Assembly: GCA_963802505.1 (NCBI GenBank)
Contig: CAWDJB010000002.1
Location: 532,627 to 596,626 of the forward strand
From: an uncultured Acidimicrobiales bacterium
Lineage (GTDB): Bacteria; Actinomycetota; Acidimicrobiia; Acidimicrobiales; DATKAS01
DNA length: 64,000 nucleotides
Reading direction: 5' to 3'
A program made the translations under genes and the position numbers. Shown here piece after piece: positions 1 to 9,234 of this stretch; position 1 is the stretch's first letter; every line of letters starts with the position of its first letter. The notes under the pieces were generated by a model that was given only the letters and a program-made list of their open reading frames with translations, did no database searches and was not told the origin of the DNA.

Positions 1-13
1 CTACGGTGTCGCC

Positions 14-892
14 ATGACACCCGAGGGACTCGACTTCTACCGCGCCGCGGCGGCGATGACGGAGCTCCCCGACAACCCAGCGGTGGCCGGTGTCCCTTAC
101 GATCTCGACGCGATGCGCAGCACCGTGCAAGGCCTTCTCCTCCACCGCGATTGGGCAACGGCCTACGGCGTACCCAAAGACGCGATCCGCATCGACGAGC
201 AGAACCTCCGCTCGACGAAGGAGGTGCTCGGCCGCGCGCTCGAGATCTCCGATGAACCGGTCACGACGGCGCGGCCCCCGGTCGATCGAGTGCTGTGCAT
301 CTGCCGGCACTTCACGCTGCTCCACACCGCGTTCCTTCGCGAGCACGGTGTGCCGGCGCGCGTCCGGTGCGGCTTCTCGAACTACTTCGACCGGTCGAAG
401 TGGTACGACCACTGGATCACCGAGCGCTGGGACGGCGAACGGTGGGTTCGCGACGACCCGCAGATCGACGAGCTGCAGGCCACGACGGTGAACCTCGACT
501 TCGACCCGTACGACCAGCCGCCGGGCAAGTTCCTTGCGGGGAGCGAGGCGTGGATCGCGGCACGAGCGGGCGACGTCGACCCGAGCCTCTTCGGCATCTT
601 CGACATGTGGGGGATCAAGTTCATCTCGGGGAACGTGATCCTCGACTTCGCCTGCCTCAACAAGGTCGAGCTGCTGCCGTGGGACGGTTGGGGGATGATG
701 ACTGGCCCGCACGCTCCGCTCACCGACGACGAGGGCTCCATCCTCGATGACCTCGCGAAGCTCGTCGTGAGTGACGACTACGACGCGATTCGAGATCGCT
801 ACGAGACCGACGACCGACTGCGCGTACCGGCCGACATCACCACGTTCACACCGGCGGCCGCGGGGCCGACCGCGGTCCACCTGGAGCTCTGA
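14..892 (+). CDS. transglutaminase-like domain protein
   Basis: 292-aa ORF. The CRHFTLLHTAFLREHGVPARVRCGF core followed by His/Asp-containing segments resembles the transglutaminase-like Cys-His-Asp fold. Confidence 0.55.
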   Translation: MTPEGLDFYRAAAAMTELPDNPAVAGVPYDLDAMRSTVQGLLLHRDWATAYGVPKDAIRIDEQNLRSTKEVLGRALEISDEPVTTARPPVDRVLCICRHFTLLHTAFLREHGVPARVRCGFSNYFDRSKWYDHWITERWDGERWVRDDPQIDELQATTVNLDFDPYDQPPGKFLAGSEAWIAARAGDVDPSLFGIFDMWGIKFISGNVILDFACLNKVELLPWDGWGMMTGPHAPLTDDEGSILDDLAKLVVSDDYDAIRDRYETDDRLRVPADITTFTPAAAGPTAVHLEL

Positions 893-896
893 TCAC

Positions 897-1874
897 ATGA
901 CGGTTCGATGGGGCATCGCGGCACCGGGTGGCATCGCTACACAGTTCGCAGAAGGGCTCGCGCTGATCGACGACGCGGAGCTCGTCGCGGTCGGATCGCG
1001 GGCGAAGGAACGCGCCGACGCGTTCGGAGAGCGCTTCGACATCCCGAATCGGTACGGGTCCTACGAGGACCTCATGGGTGATCCGACCGTCGACATCGTC
1101 TACGTCGCGACCCCGCACGCACAGCACGAAGCGGTCGTGCTCGCCGCTCTCGAGGGCGGCAAGCACGTCTTGTGCGAGAAGCCGTTCGCGCTGAACGAGA
1201 AGCAGGCGCGGCGGATGGCCGACGCGGCCCGCTCCCGCGGCCTGTTCGCGATGGAGGCGCTCTGGAGTCGCTTCCTTCCCTCGTATCGAGTGCTCGCCGA
1301 GCTTCTGCGCGAAGGCCGTATCGGTGAGCCCTTGCTCGTCGAGGCCGACTTCGGGTTCCGCTTGCCCGTGATGCCCGAGCACCGCCTCTTCGACCTCGCG
1401 CAGGGCGGCGGCGCGCTGCTCGACCTCGGCATCTATCCCCTGCAGCTCTGCTCGATGGTGTTGGGCGTGCCCGACTCAGTCGTCGCCAAGGCGCACGTCG
1501 GCGTGACCGGCGCCGACGAACAGGTCGCCGCCGTCCTCCATCATCCGGCAGGCCGGCTCGGCGTGATCAAGGCCGCGAGCCGCATCGCGCTGTCGAACAC
1601 CGCCCGCATCTCGGGATCGGACGGCTGGATCGAATTCCCGGCGTGGATGCACCGTCCGACGCGCGTCGGCGTGGGTTCCGGCAACACGGTGGACTGGATC
1701 GAGGCCGACTACGAGGGTGAGGGTCTGCGCTTCCAAGCCGAGGAAGTGCATCGGTGCCTCGCGGCGGGCCAGACCGAGAGTGCAGTCGCCCCGCTCGAGG
1801 AGACGCTCGCGCTTGCACACACGATGGACCAGATTCGCTCGCAGATCGGCGTCGTCTACGACGCAGACAAGTAG
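897..1874 (+). CDS. Gfo/Idh/MocA family NAD(P)-dependent oxidoreductase
   Basis: The ATG at 897 gives MTVRWGIAAPGGIATQF (Rossmann N-terminus), followed by the EKP motif (HVLCEKPFALN). The longer ORF from the GTG at 771 only adds an Arg/Pro-rich extension. Confidence 0.8.
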   Translation: MTVRWGIAAPGGIATQFAEGLALIDDAELVAVGSRAKERADAFGERFDIPNRYGSYEDLMGDPTVDIVYVATPHAQHEAVVLAALEGGKHVLCEKPFALNEKQARRMADAARSRGLFAMEALWSRFLPSYRVLAELLREGRIGEPLLVEADFGFRLPVMPEHRLFDLAQGGGALLDLGIYPLQLCSMVLGVPDSVVAKAHVGVTGADEQVAAVLHHPAGRLGVIKAASRIALSNTARISGSDGWIEFPAWMHRPTRVGVGSGNTVDWIEADYEGEGLRFQAEEVHRCLAAGQTESAVAPLEETLALAHTMDQIRSQIGVVYDADK

Positions 1875-3071
1875 TCAGTCGTCGTGGGCGGCGTACACGC
1901 AGGTCCAGAAGTCTTGGACCACCGCGGGCGGCGGGAACGGCCCGGTGAAGCTGTCGGTCGTGAGGATCGTGCCGACGAGCCGCTCACGCGGATCGTTCGA
2001 CCACGAGGAGCCCATGCCGCCGTCCCATCCGTAGCTGCCGATCGAGTGCGCGATGCCGGTGCGACGCACTTGCACCCCGACGCCGAAACCCCATCCCTGC
2101 GAACCGTCAGGTGACGGGCCTGCGGCGCCGTCGAGCACACCGATCTGGTCGGTCGTCATCGCCTCGACCGCTGCACGCGAGATGAGCCGCGACCCGTCGG
2201 GCAGCTGTCCGTCGGCGAGCAGCATGCGAGCGAACGCGTGCACGTCGTCGACCGTCGAGACCAAGCCGGCCGCGGCGTCGGGGAACGCCGGAGGCTTCGA
2301 CCACTGACCATCCGGAGCGTCGTAGACCGTCCGCGCTTCGGTGGCCGGGTCGACGGCGTAACAGGTGCCGAGCCGGTCGGTCTGCTCGGCGAAGAACCCC
2401 GTGTCGCGCATGCCGAGCGGTTCGAACAACCGCTCGCGCATGAACTCGTCGAGGGGCTGACCGGCAGCGCGGGCGATGAGCACACCGAGCACCATCGAGC
2501 CCACGTTGTAGAGCCACCTCTCGCCGGGCTGATACTGCAACGGCAGCGTCGACAGACGCCGGATCCATTCGTCGGGTTCGGGCGGGCCTTGCGGCTCGGG
2601 CGGACCGGCGCCCAAGCCCAGGTCGGCCATCGCGTCCATGAGGGGCCACGGCCACGGCGCAGCGAAGTCCATCCCGATGCCGAGCCGGAACGTGAGGACG
2701 TCGCGCACCGTGATGGAGCGCGCCGCGGGCACGGTCTCGCCGTCGAATGGTCCGCGACCGTCGACGAGGACGTTGCGGCCCGCGAGCTCGGGCAGCAGAT
2801 CGTCGACCGGCTCGTCGAGTCGGAGCCGACAATCCTCGACGAGGATCAGCGCAGCAACCGCGCTCATCGGCTTCGTCATCGACGAGAGGCGGAAGATCGA
2901 GTCGCGAGAGATCGCCCGCCGCTCGCCCCGCGTCAAGGTGCCGGCGACGCCGACTTCGACGTCACCGTCGCGCGCTGCGAGCCAGGCGAGACCTCCGGCG
3001 TTTCCCAGATCGACGTGCTCGGCCATGGCGTCGTGAAGGCGACCCAACCGTGTCTTCTCGAATCCGCTCAT
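1875..3071 (-). CDS. serine hydrolase, beta-lactamase-related family
   Basis: 398-aa ORF with the SxxK active-site motif (SSMTKPMSAVAALILVE) and class-C/esterase-like length. Confidence 0.8.
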   Translation of the reverse strand: MSGFEKTRLGRLHDAMAEHVDLGNAGGLAWLAARDGDVEVGVAGTLTRGERRAISRDSIFRLSSMTKPMSAVAALILVEDCRLRLDEPVDDLLPELAGRNVLVDGRGPFDGETVPAARSITVRDVLTFRLGIGMDFAAPWPWPLMDAMADLGLGAGPPEPQGPPEPDEWIRRLSTLPLQYQPGERWLYNVGSMVLGVLIARAAGQPLDEFMRERLFEPLGMRDTGFFAEQTDRLGTCYAVDPATEARTVYDAPDGQWSKPPAFPDAAAGLVSTVDDVHAFARMLLADGQLPDGSRLISRAAVEAMTTDQIGVLDGAAGPSPDGSQGWGFGVGVQVRRTGIAHSIGSYGWDGGMGSSWSNDPRERLVGTILTTDSFTGPFPPPAVVQDFWTCVYAAHDD

Positions 3072-3093
3072 ACCCCCACGTACCCTACGACCG

Positions 3094-4692
3094 ATGTCCT
3101 TCGACGCGATCGTGGTCGGGGCGGGAGTGTCGGGGCTCTACCAGCTCCACGCGCTGCGAGAGCTCGGCCTGACAGTGCACACGTTCGAAGCTGGCGGTGA
3201 CGTCGGCGGCACGTGGTATTGGAACCGCTATCCGGGTGCCCGGTTCGACTCGGAGAGCTACTCGTACGGATACTCGTTCTCGCCCGAGCTGCTCGACACA
3301 TGGGACTGGAGCGAGCACTTCTCGGCTCAGCCCGAGACCCTCCGCTACCTGCAGCACGTCGCCGACCGCCTCGATCTCCGCCGCGACATCACGTTCGACA
3401 CGCGCGTCGAGGCGATGACGTGGGATGAAGAGACGAGGATGTGGACCGTCGCGCTCGACAACGGCAGCGAGGCGACGGCGCGGTTCGTGATCTTGGCAAC
3501 CGGTGTGCTGTCCGTGCCGCTGATGCCAGACATCCCGGGCGTCGAGCGCTTCAGAGGCGAGTCTTTCCACACCGCGAGCTGGCCTCACGATCGGGTCGAC
3601 CTGTCGGACCGACGGGTGGCCGTGATCGGCACCGGCGCCACGGCCGTGCAGCTCATCACCGAGATCGCGAAGGCTGTCGGCCATCTCACGGTGTTCCAGC
3701 GCACTCCGAACTGGTGCGCTCCGCTGCACAACGGGCCGATCGATGCGGACGAGCAGGCGTCGATCCGCGAGCGCTATGCCGAGATGTTCGAACGGTGTCG
3801 AAACACGTACGGCGGCTTCATCCACGATGCCGATCGACGCAAGGCGCTCGAGGTCTCCGATGAGGAGCGCATCGCTTTCTACGAAGAGCTGTACGCGCAG
3901 CCGGGCTTCGGCATCTGGATGGGCAACTTCCGCGACGTGCTGGTGAACGAAGAGGCCAACGCGACGCTGAGCGAGTTCATGACCCACAAGATCCGCGAAC
4001 GAGTGCGCGACCCGGAGGTCGCCGACAAGCTGATCCCGACCGATCACGGGTTCGGGACGCGTCGAGTTCCGCTCGAGTCGGGCTACTACGAGGTCTTCAA
4101 CCAGCCCAACGTCGAGCTCGTCGACGTCCGCGAAACGCCGATCGTCGAGATCACCGAGAGCGGCATCCGCACGACCGCCGCAACCCACCAGTGCGACGTG
4201 ATCATCTTCGCCACGGGCTTCGATGCCGTCACCGGCTCGTTCGACAAGATCGAGGTGACGGGCGTCGGTGGCGAGAGCTTGCGCGCCGCTTGGGCAGCGG
4301 GACCGAAGACCTACCTCGGGCTCGGAGTCGCTGGGTTCCCGAACCTGTTCATGCTGGTCGGCCCGCACAGCGCGGCGAGCTTTTGCAACATGCCTCGCTG
4401 CATCGAGCACAACGTCGAGTGGCTGGCGACGCTTGTCCAGGACATGAGGTCGGCGGGGAAGACGCGCGTCTGCCCGACACCCGACGCACAAGACGAGTGG
4501 ACCGACGAGGTCATCGAGGCCGCGCAGCGGATGCTCTTCTCGAAGGTCGACTCGTGGTTCACCGGCACGCGATCGCAGAGCTACAAGGGCGCCGGGCGAA
4601 CAGTGCTGCTCTACACCGGTGGCTTCCCGAAGTTCCAGGAACGGTGCCGCGACGTCGCCGGCGCCGGCTACGCCGGCTTCGACCTCGCGTAA
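3094..4692 (+). CDS. Baeyer-Villiger (flavin-containing) monooxygenase
   Basis: N-terminal GAGVSG FAD motif. GGTWYWNRYPGARFDSESYSYGYSF and the fingerprint FRGESFHTASWPHD are typical of cyclohexanone-monooxygenase-type enzymes. Confidence 0.85.
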   Translation: MSFDAIVVGAGVSGLYQLHALRELGLTVHTFEAGGDVGGTWYWNRYPGARFDSESYSYGYSFSPELLDTWDWSEHFSAQPETLRYLQHVADRLDLRRDITFDTRVEAMTWDEETRMWTVALDNGSEATARFVILATGVLSVPLMPDIPGVERFRGESFHTASWPHDRVDLSDRRVAVIGTGATAVQLITEIAKAVGHLTVFQRTPNWCAPLHNGPIDADEQASIRERYAEMFERCRNTYGGFIHDADRRKALEVSDEERIAFYEELYAQPGFGIWMGNFRDVLVNEEANATLSEFMTHKIRERVRDPEVADKLIPTDHGFGTRRVPLESGYYEVFNQPNVELVDVRETPIVEITESGIRTTAATHQCDVIIFATGFDAVTGSFDKIEVTGVGGESLRAAWAAGPKTYLGLGVAGFPNLFMLVGPHSAASFCNMPRCIEHNVEWLATLVQDMRSAGKTRVCPTPDAQDEWTDEVIEAAQRMLFSKVDSWFTGTRSQSYKGAGRTVLLYTGGFPKFQERCRDVAGAGYAGFDLA

Positions 4693-4702
4693 CAATGCTG
4701 TC

Positions 4703-5893
4703 GTGCGTTACCTCTTCGGCGACACGGTGCTCGACACCACGCGGTACTCCTTGTACCGCAACGAAGAGCCACAGCACGTCGAGCCGCAGGTGTTCGACGT
4801 GCTCGCGCACCTCGTCGAGAACCGCAATCGGGTGGTGTCGAAGAACGAGCTGCTCGACCAGGTATGGGGGCACCAGTTCGTCACCGAGTCGGCGCTGACG
4901 ACGCGCATCAAGCAGCTGCGACAAGCGGTCGGCGACACGGGGAAGGACCAGAGGGTCGTGCAGACGATCCACGGGCGCGGATATCGGTTCGTCGCGACGG
5001 TGCAAGAGGTCGCCGACGCGGTGGAGCGGCCGCGGCTCGAGGTGCCGGAAGAGCTGCGACAGGACATCCAGTTCTGCACCGCCGACGACGGCACTCGCCT
5101 CGCGTTCGCGACGATCGGCACGGGGCCGCCCCTCGTTCGGGCAGCACACTGGATCACGCACCTCGACTACGACTGGCAGAGCCCAGTGTGGCGGCACTGG
5201 CTCGTCGGCCTCGCGCACAACCGCACGTTGGTGCGCTACGACGAGCGCGGCAACGGCCTCTCCGATCACGACGTCGACGACTTCTCGTTCGAAGCGATGG
5301 TGCGCGACCTCGAGACCGTCGTCGACGAGCTCGGGCTCGAGCGCTTCCCGATCCTCGGCCTGTCCCAGGGCGGCGCCATCGCGGTCACGTACGCGGCGCG
5401 CCATCCCGAGCGGGTCAGCCATCTCATCCTGGTCGGCGCCTACTGCCAAGGCCGGCTGGCGAGAGCCGAGACCGACGAGGAGATCCGCGAAGCGAACATG
5501 CAGTTCGAGATGGTGCGGCTCGGCTGGGGGAAGGATGACCCGGGCTTCCGGCGATTCTTCGTGTCCCGGTTCGTCCCCGACTCCTCCGTCGAGCTGTGGG
5601 ATGCCTTCGCCGAGCTGCTGCGGCGCACGACCTCGCCGGCGAACGCAGCGCGACTGCTCGAGTCGTGGGCGACCATCGACGTGCGCGAGACCGCGCGCTT
5701 GGTGAAAGCGCCGACGCTGGTGATGCATGCTCGCGACGACATGTCGATCCCCTGGGAGCAGGGACGGCTGTTCGCCTCGCTCATCCCGGGGGCGCGTCTC
5801 GTGCCGCTGTCCTCCCGCAACCATCTGCTGCGGGAGGACGAGCCCGCCTGGCGGGAGCTGCTCTCCGAGATCGATGGGTTCCTGGAGACGTGA
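4703..5893 (+). CDS. OmpR/PhoB-type winged-helix DNA-binding domain fused to an alpha/beta hydrolase
   Basis: The GTG at 4703 gives VRYLFGDTVLD...LDQVWG...TRIKQLRQAVGD...IHGRGYRF (Trans_reg_C-like). A hydrolase fold with LGLSQGG (GxSxG-like) follows. The stop overlaps the next start (TGATG). Confidence 0.7.
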   Translation: MRYLFGDTVLDTTRYSLYRNEEPQHVEPQVFDVLAHLVENRNRVVSKNELLDQVWGHQFVTESALTTRIKQLRQAVGDTGKDQRVVQTIHGRGYRFVATVQEVADAVERPRLEVPEELRQDIQFCTADDGTRLAFATIGTGPPLVRAAHWITHLDYDWQSPVWRHWLVGLAHNRTLVRYDERGNGLSDHDVDDFSFEAMVRDLETVVDELGLERFPILGLSQGGAIAVTYAARHPERVSHLILVGAYCQGRLARAETDEEIREANMQFEMVRLGWGKDDPGFRRFFVSRFVPDSSVELWDAFAELLRRTTSPANAARLLESWATIDVRETARLVKAPTLVMHARDDMSIPWEQGRLFASLIPGARLVPLSSRNHLLREDEPAWRELLSEIDGFLET

Positions 5894-7089
5894 TGAAGTG
5901 GCCTGAAGGGTTCATGTGGGGAAGTGCCGCATCGTCGACGCAATGCGAAGGTGCCGCGCCCGCGTCCGACTGGTGGGACTGGGAGCGCGCCGGCCGCGCG
6001 CCGATCTCGGGTGAGGGCAGCGGCTTCGCGTCGCGGCATGCCGAGGACTTCGCGCTGCTCGCCTCGCTCGGTCTGACGCACCACCGTCTCTCGATCGAGT
6101 GGGCGCGCATCGAGCCCGAGCCCGGCGGGCACGACCCGGCCGCCGTCGATCACTACCGAGGCGTGCTCACCGCGGCACGAGATGCGGGGCTGACACCCTG
6201 GGTGTGCCTTCACCACTTCACGCTCCCCCGCTGGTTCGCAGCGGACGGGGGCTTCCTCGAGGAACGCGGACGCACCGTTGCGTGGAGGCGGCACGTCGAG
6301 TTCATGGCCGAGACGTTCGGCGACCTCGTTGGCGGATGGCAGCCCGTGAACGAGACGAACTACTACGCGCGCGCGGCCTTCGGCGGCGGTGGATGGCCGC
6401 CCGGCACCAATGATCGCGAGCAGGTGGCGCTCGTCGACGAGGCCATCCAGCTCGCCACCGCCGAGGCGGCGGTGCGGTTGCGCGAGACCGGTGCACCGGT
6501 CTCGTCGATCTTCGGCTTGTCGGCGATCGTGCCGCAGGACGACCTCCCCGAGACACGGGGCTACGCCGCCGCGATGCACGAGCTGCTCTGGACGCCCGGC
6601 CTCGGCCTGCAGCGCGATGGCGTGCTTCGGGTGCGTCACCGCGACCCGATCGAGCGGCCCGATCTCGCGGGAGCCTTCGACCTCCTCGGGTTCTCCTACT
6701 ACTCGGCGATGGGTGTGCGGGACGGCCGTCTCGCCGTGCATCCGCCGGACGCTCCGTTGTCGCCGCTCCGGTACGGCATCTGGGCCGACGGGTTGGCGCT
6801 GGTCCTCGACCGCCTCGGGCAAGAGGTGCCCGGAACGCCGCTGCTCGTCGCCGAGTACGGCATCGGCACGGCTGACGATGAGCAGCGCGCCGCGTACATC
6901 CAACGCGGGATCGAGGTCGTGCACGACGCGATCGAGCGAGGGATCGACGTGCGCGGCTTCTTCCACTGGACTGCCGTCGACAACTACGAGTGGCTCCACG
7001 GCTACGACGTCTCGTTCGGCATCATCGACGCCGACCGCAACGTCCGCCCGAGCGCTGGCGTGCTTCGGCGTGAGGCGCTCGGGGCGTGA
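5893..7089 (+). CDS. glycoside hydrolase family 1 (beta-glucosidase-like)
   Basis: MKWPEGFMWGSAASSTQCEGA N-terminus, an NE(T) acid/base region (WQPVNETNYY), and a C-terminal FHWTAVDNYEW motif. Confidence 0.75.
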   Translation: MKWPEGFMWGSAASSTQCEGAAPASDWWDWERAGRAPISGEGSGFASRHAEDFALLASLGLTHHRLSIEWARIEPEPGGHDPAAVDHYRGVLTAARDAGLTPWVCLHHFTLPRWFAADGGFLEERGRTVAWRRHVEFMAETFGDLVGGWQPVNETNYYARAAFGGGGWPPGTNDREQVALVDEAIQLATAEAAVRLRETGAPVSSIFGLSAIVPQDDLPETRGYAAAMHELLWTPGLGLQRDGVLRVRHRDPIERPDLAGAFDLLGFSYYSAMGVRDGRLAVHPPDAPLSPLRYGIWADGLALVLDRLGQEVPGTPLLVAEYGIGTADDEQRAAYIQRGIEVVHDAIERGIDVRGFFHWTAVDNYEWLHGYDVSFGIIDADRNVRPSAGVLRREALGA

Positions 7090-8825
7090 GCGACGAGCTG
7101 CAGCCTTACCCCGACGGCCGCTGGAGCCTGTCCGACCATCCGCCCGACCGAACAGCCACCATCTGGTGTCGCGGCAACGTGGGCGAGGTCTTTCCGCACG
7201 TGATGACGCCGCTCAGCTTCTCGCTGTACGTCGGAGCGATCGCCCGCGGCCAAGCGAGTGCGGTGCGCGAGTGGGGCATGGTGACGGCGAAGCAGTACGC
7301 CGAATTCGACCCCGCCGAGGCATGGGGCACCGGCGTGTTCGGTGGCTATCTCTACGGCAATGTCACGCTCTCACGCACTGCTGTCGCCCGGTCGCCGGGG
7401 CTCACCATCGAGCTGATCGACGAGCAGATGTTCGGGCTGAGCGATGCGCCGCCGCATCACCGCGGCAAGGGCGAGCGCAATCTTCCGGCGGCGGCAAAGA
7501 CCGCGCGCAAGCTGATCGCGACGCTGTGGCGCTCCGATGACACGCGGCTCCGCGCCGACCAAGCCGACATCGCTCGTTACGTCGCAGCACAGCCCGACAT
7601 CGGCACGGCGTCGAACGACGAGCTCCTCGCCATCGCCCGCTCGCTTCCGCCGTGGACCGAGCGGATGATGCATCACCTCCTCGCTATCAGTGCGGCTGCA
7701 GGAATCTCGCGATCGATGCTCGAACGGTCGGTCGCCGGCCTCGATGAACCCGGGCTCGAGAACAGGCTCACCGCGGGGCTGGGCACCGTCGAATCGGCCG
7801 AACCGGCGCAGGAGCTGTGGCGCCTCGGCCGAATGGTGTCGGCGAGCGACGCGCTCACCTCGATGTTCGACCAAGGCCTCGACGACCTCCAGGCCCGGGT
7901 CGACGCTGCTCCTGAGGCCGCCGAGCTGCGCGTCGAGCTCGCAAGGTTCCGGGCGCGCCACGGGGCCCGCGGCCCCGACGAGTGGGAGCTCGCATCGCCC
8001 ACGTGGGGAACCGACGCGTCGATCTCGCTCGCGATGATCGATCGACTGCGTCGAGCACCGTCTGACCGCGACCCGATGGTCGTCGGCGCCCGGTTGGCGG
8101 CAGAGCGAGCCGCGCTCACGACCAGCGTGCGAGACCGGCTGGCGCGGTTCCGGCGGCCTCTGTTCGACAGAGCCGTCCGTGCGACGGCCGCGTACGGCCC
8201 GCAGCGCGAGGCGACGAAGGCGGCCTTCGTCCGGGCGTTGTACCCCGCCCGACTGGCTCTCGCCGAGCTCGGCCGCCGGTCGGGGCTCGCCCACGACGAC
8301 TTCTTCTTGCTCACGTTCTCCGAGGTGGAGACGCTGGCCGCGGGTGGCGGAAGGCCGACCGATCTCGACGACCGTCGCCGTCGACGCGAGTACCTGCAGG
8401 CACGCGTGCCACCGTTCTGGTTCCAGGGCCAGATCCCGGCGCCATCGACCTGGCCGCTACGCGCCGAGCAGCAGCGCCCCGACGCGCAGGCACGCACCAT
8501 CGTCGGCATGGGCGTGTGCTCGGGCGTCGCGACCGGCACCGCTCGAATCGTGACGAGCCCCGACGAGCCCGGTGACCTGAGTCCGGGCGACATCCTCGTC
8601 GCGCCGATCACCGATCCGGCCTGGACGCCCCTCTTCTTGGCCGCGGCAGGCGTGGTCGTGGACGTCGGTGCGCAGCAGAGCCACGCGGCGATCGTGTCCC
8701 GCGAGCTCGGCATCCCGGCCGTTGTGAGCGCGACGGGAGCGTCGTCGACCATCCCGAACGGGGCGCTCGTGACGGTCGACGGGTCGACGGGCATCGTGAC
8801 CATTCACGCCACGACGGCCGTGTGA
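7086..8825 (+). CDS. PEP-utilising enzyme mobile-domain protein (phosphotransferase of the PEP synthase / rifampicin phosphotransferase type, lacking an ATP-grasp domain)
   Basis: C-terminal swivel domain GVCSGVATGTARIV...GDILVAPITDPAWTPLF...GAQQSHAAIVSRELGIPAVV with the phospho-His context. GTGA overlap with the GH1 stop. Confidence 0.7.
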   Translation: MSDELQPYPDGRWSLSDHPPDRTATIWCRGNVGEVFPHVMTPLSFSLYVGAIARGQASAVREWGMVTAKQYAEFDPAEAWGTGVFGGYLYGNVTLSRTAVARSPGLTIELIDEQMFGLSDAPPHHRGKGERNLPAAAKTARKLIATLWRSDDTRLRADQADIARYVAAQPDIGTASNDELLAIARSLPPWTERMMHHLLAISAAAGISRSMLERSVAGLDEPGLENRLTAGLGTVESAEPAQELWRLGRMVSASDALTSMFDQGLDDLQARVDAAPEAAELRVELARFRARHGARGPDEWELASPTWGTDASISLAMIDRLRRAPSDRDPMVVGARLAAERAALTTSVRDRLARFRRPLFDRAVRATAAYGPQREATKAAFVRALYPARLALAELGRRSGLAHDDFFLLTFSEVETLAAGGGRPTDLDDRRRRREYLQARVPPFWFQGQIPAPSTWPLRAEQQRPDAQARTIVGMGVCSGVATGTARIVTSPDEPGDLSPGDILVAPITDPAWTPLFLAAAGVVVDVGAQQSHAAIVSRELGIPAVVSATGASSTIPNGALVTVDGSTGIVTIHATTAV

Positions 8826-8850
8826 AAGGCTCGGCCCCAAGGAGGCAGTC

Positions 8851-9171
8851 ATGCCGAAGTACATGTTCCAAGCGCAGTACTCGTCCGAGGCGGCCAAGGG
8901 CCTGCAAAAGGCTGGCGCGGCCAGCCGGGTGAAGGTCGTGACCGAGATGTGTGCCGGATTGGGAGGCGCACTCGAGTCGTTCCACTTCGCCTTCGGCGAC
9001 GTCGATGCGTACGTGATCTGCGATCTCCCCGATGACGGGGCCGCCGCCGCGGTGTCCTTCGCGGTCAGCACCGGCAGCACGATCGGGATCAAGACGGTCA
9101 AGCTCATGACCGTCGAGGAGGTCGACGCGGCCCTGAAGCGGTCGGTGAGCTACCGGCCGCCGGGCAGCTGA
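8851..9171 (+). CDS. GYD-domain protein
   Basis: 106-aa ORF with a good SD (AAGGAGG) upstream. The pattern MPKYMFQAQYS...GDVDAYVICDLPDD is typical of the small GYD family. Confidence 0.6.
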   Translation: MPKYMFQAQYSSEAAKGLQKAGAASRVKVVTEMCAGLGGALESFHFAFGDVDAYVICDLPDDGAAAAVSFAVSTGSTIGIKTVKLMTVEEVDAALKRSVSYRPPGS

Positions 9172-9180
9172 CGCAAACGC

Positions 9181-9222
9181 GCTCTCATCGAACCTGAGTA
9201 ACGTGCCCCGAGGCTCTCATCG
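9181..9222. repeat. 10-bp direct repeat GCTCTCATCG x2 upstream of the molybdoenzyme gene
   Basis: Exact copies at 9181-9190 and 9213-9222 in the 63-nt intergenic region before the ATG at 9235. Confidence 0.5.
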
Positions 9223-9234
9223 GGGGTACGTCAC

